A DNA stretch of 64,000 bases. Origin: Camelus dromedarius (taxonomy: Eukaryota). How positions within the stretch are numbered: position 1 is the first letter of the stretch; each line of letters begins with the position of its first letter. The translations under genes and the position numbers were made by a program. The notes beneath the pieces are model-generated. The model worked only from the letters and a program-made list of their open reading frames with translations, was not told the DNA's origin and did no database searches. Positions 62,745 through 64,000 of this stretch are shown here, one piece after another. The stretch is taken from the NCBI RefSeq assembly GCF_036321535.1, contig NC_087436.1:107572001-107636000 (forward strand), in the 5' to 3' direction.

Positions 62745-63980
62745 ATGTGTCGATTACTCCCACCCACTCCATTTTGTTGTGACATTCACGAGCCAAGCTC
62801 TTTGAAAGAGTTGTGTTGCTCTTATTATCTCCACTTGCTCTCCCTTCTTTGTCTCTTGAACCCACAATCTTCCACTGTTTGTTTCATGATGATTAATGCC
62901 TTCCATGTAGCTAATCCAGTAATTGATGCTCAGGTCTTTTCTAACTTGACCTATCATTGGTATTTGATAAAGTGGATTACTTCCTCCTCTAACTCTCTAT
63001 TCGTTTGACCTCTACAAAACTGTAACCTCTTAGTTTTACTCCACCTTCTCTAGCCCCTCTTCTTAATCTTCTTTGTCCATTTCCTCTGCCTTTCTGGAGT
63101 AATGTTGCAGTACACCAGGATCAGTCCTTAGACTTCTTTTTCCCTCTATTCTCTCTTTCTTGGTGACCTACTCTAGTCTTTTAAGTTTATATGGTGACAC
63201 TCTCAAATTTATATCTAATGGACAGATTTTGCCTCTGAACCCTGGACTCACATAGATAACTGTCCATTCAAATCTCACTTGAGTGTCTAATAACTTCTAA
63301 AAGACTAAGGTAGTTTTTTAATTTGTTCTTTAGGTAGTCTTCTCCATTCAGGACATGGCAACTCTGTCCTTCAAGTCATTCAAGATAAAAACTCTAAAAT
63401 CACCCATGATCCTTCTCTCTCTTCCACACTCCACTGCTCAGTTGTCAATAAATCCAGAACTGACTCCTTCTTACCTCCTTCTTTGCTACTAATTCATCCA
63501 AATCACCATCATCTCTTGTTTACACTGTTGAAATATTCCCTAATTGGTCTCTTTTTTTCTATTCTTGCCCCACCTACAGCCTAATTTCAACACATCAGCT
63601 TAAGTAAACCTAACATGTGAGCCAATCATGGTCCTCCTCCAATGATTTCCAATCTCACTCAAAGGCAGACTGGGCCGTGTGTAAGAGCAAGGGCTCCAGA
63701 ATTAGACTGATTGGGTTGGAATTTCAGCTTTGTCACTCACTAGCTCTATGACTTTGGGCAAATTACTTAAGCTATCTGTGCCATGGTTTCTTCACCTGTA
63801 AGGTGGGGAATAATAGTAGTATTTCATAGGATTGTGGAGAGTATTAGATAAATTAATACATGGAAATCCCTTAGAACAGTGCCTGGCAAATAGGAAGGCA
63901 AGATGTGTGTCAGCTGTTACTGTTATTTTAGTAAACACCAAAATCCTTATAATGACCTTTAAGGCTCTACACTACCTACT
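62745..63980 (+). mobile_element. L2 LINE remnant with a nested MIR (about 63670-63925)
   Basis: gacctatcattggtatttgataaagtggattac translates to DLSLVFDKVDY, a decayed L2 RT motif (DLSAAFDTVDH). The MIR core actttgggcaaattacttaag...tttcttcacctgtaaggtgggga...cttagaacagtgcctggca interrupts it. Confidence 0.7.
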
Positions 63981-64000
63981 TTAAGATACACTCTGTGGTA

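Noticed and set aside
32330..64000. A second protein-coding gene or novel multi-gene system downstream of ADGRA3
   Set aside because: All ORFs are short, mostly inside recognisable repeats, and do not form a splice-consistent chain or match any family I recognise.

Overview
Mammalian genomic DNA, most likely camelid (alpaca/llama/camel), inferred from four tRNA-Ala-derived Vic-1-type SINEs and young cetartiodactyl-type L1 3' ends. Bases 1-~32,300 are the 3' half of the adhesion GPCR gene ADGRA3 (GPR125) on the + strand. Eight coding exons (1-160 partial, 7936-8149, 8358-8566, 17734-17858, 19145-19268, 27021-27166, 30494-30589, 30732-31974) have GT-AG boundaries and consistent phases. They splice into one open frame covering the GAIN domain/GPS, the 7TM region and a cytoplasmic tail ending in the PDZ-binding motif ETTV, followed by a short 3' UTR with a strong poly(A) signal. 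The remaining ~32 kb is intergenic and rich in old transposons (MaLR/ERVL LTRs, L1M, L2, CR1/L3, MIR). I cannot support a new biological system here. The best leads are: a GC/CpG-rich patch with clustered splice donors in the intron between the GPS exon and TM1 (candidate internal promoter or cryptic exon); a last intron whose retention creates an immediate stop codon; inverted L1 3' ends flanking the TM1-3 exons; CTCF-like sites; a 3x56-bp recent triplication; and a hairpin overlapping an AATAAA in the intergenic region. Repeat family names are from recall of consensus sequences, not a database search, and repeat boundaries without TSDs are approximate.
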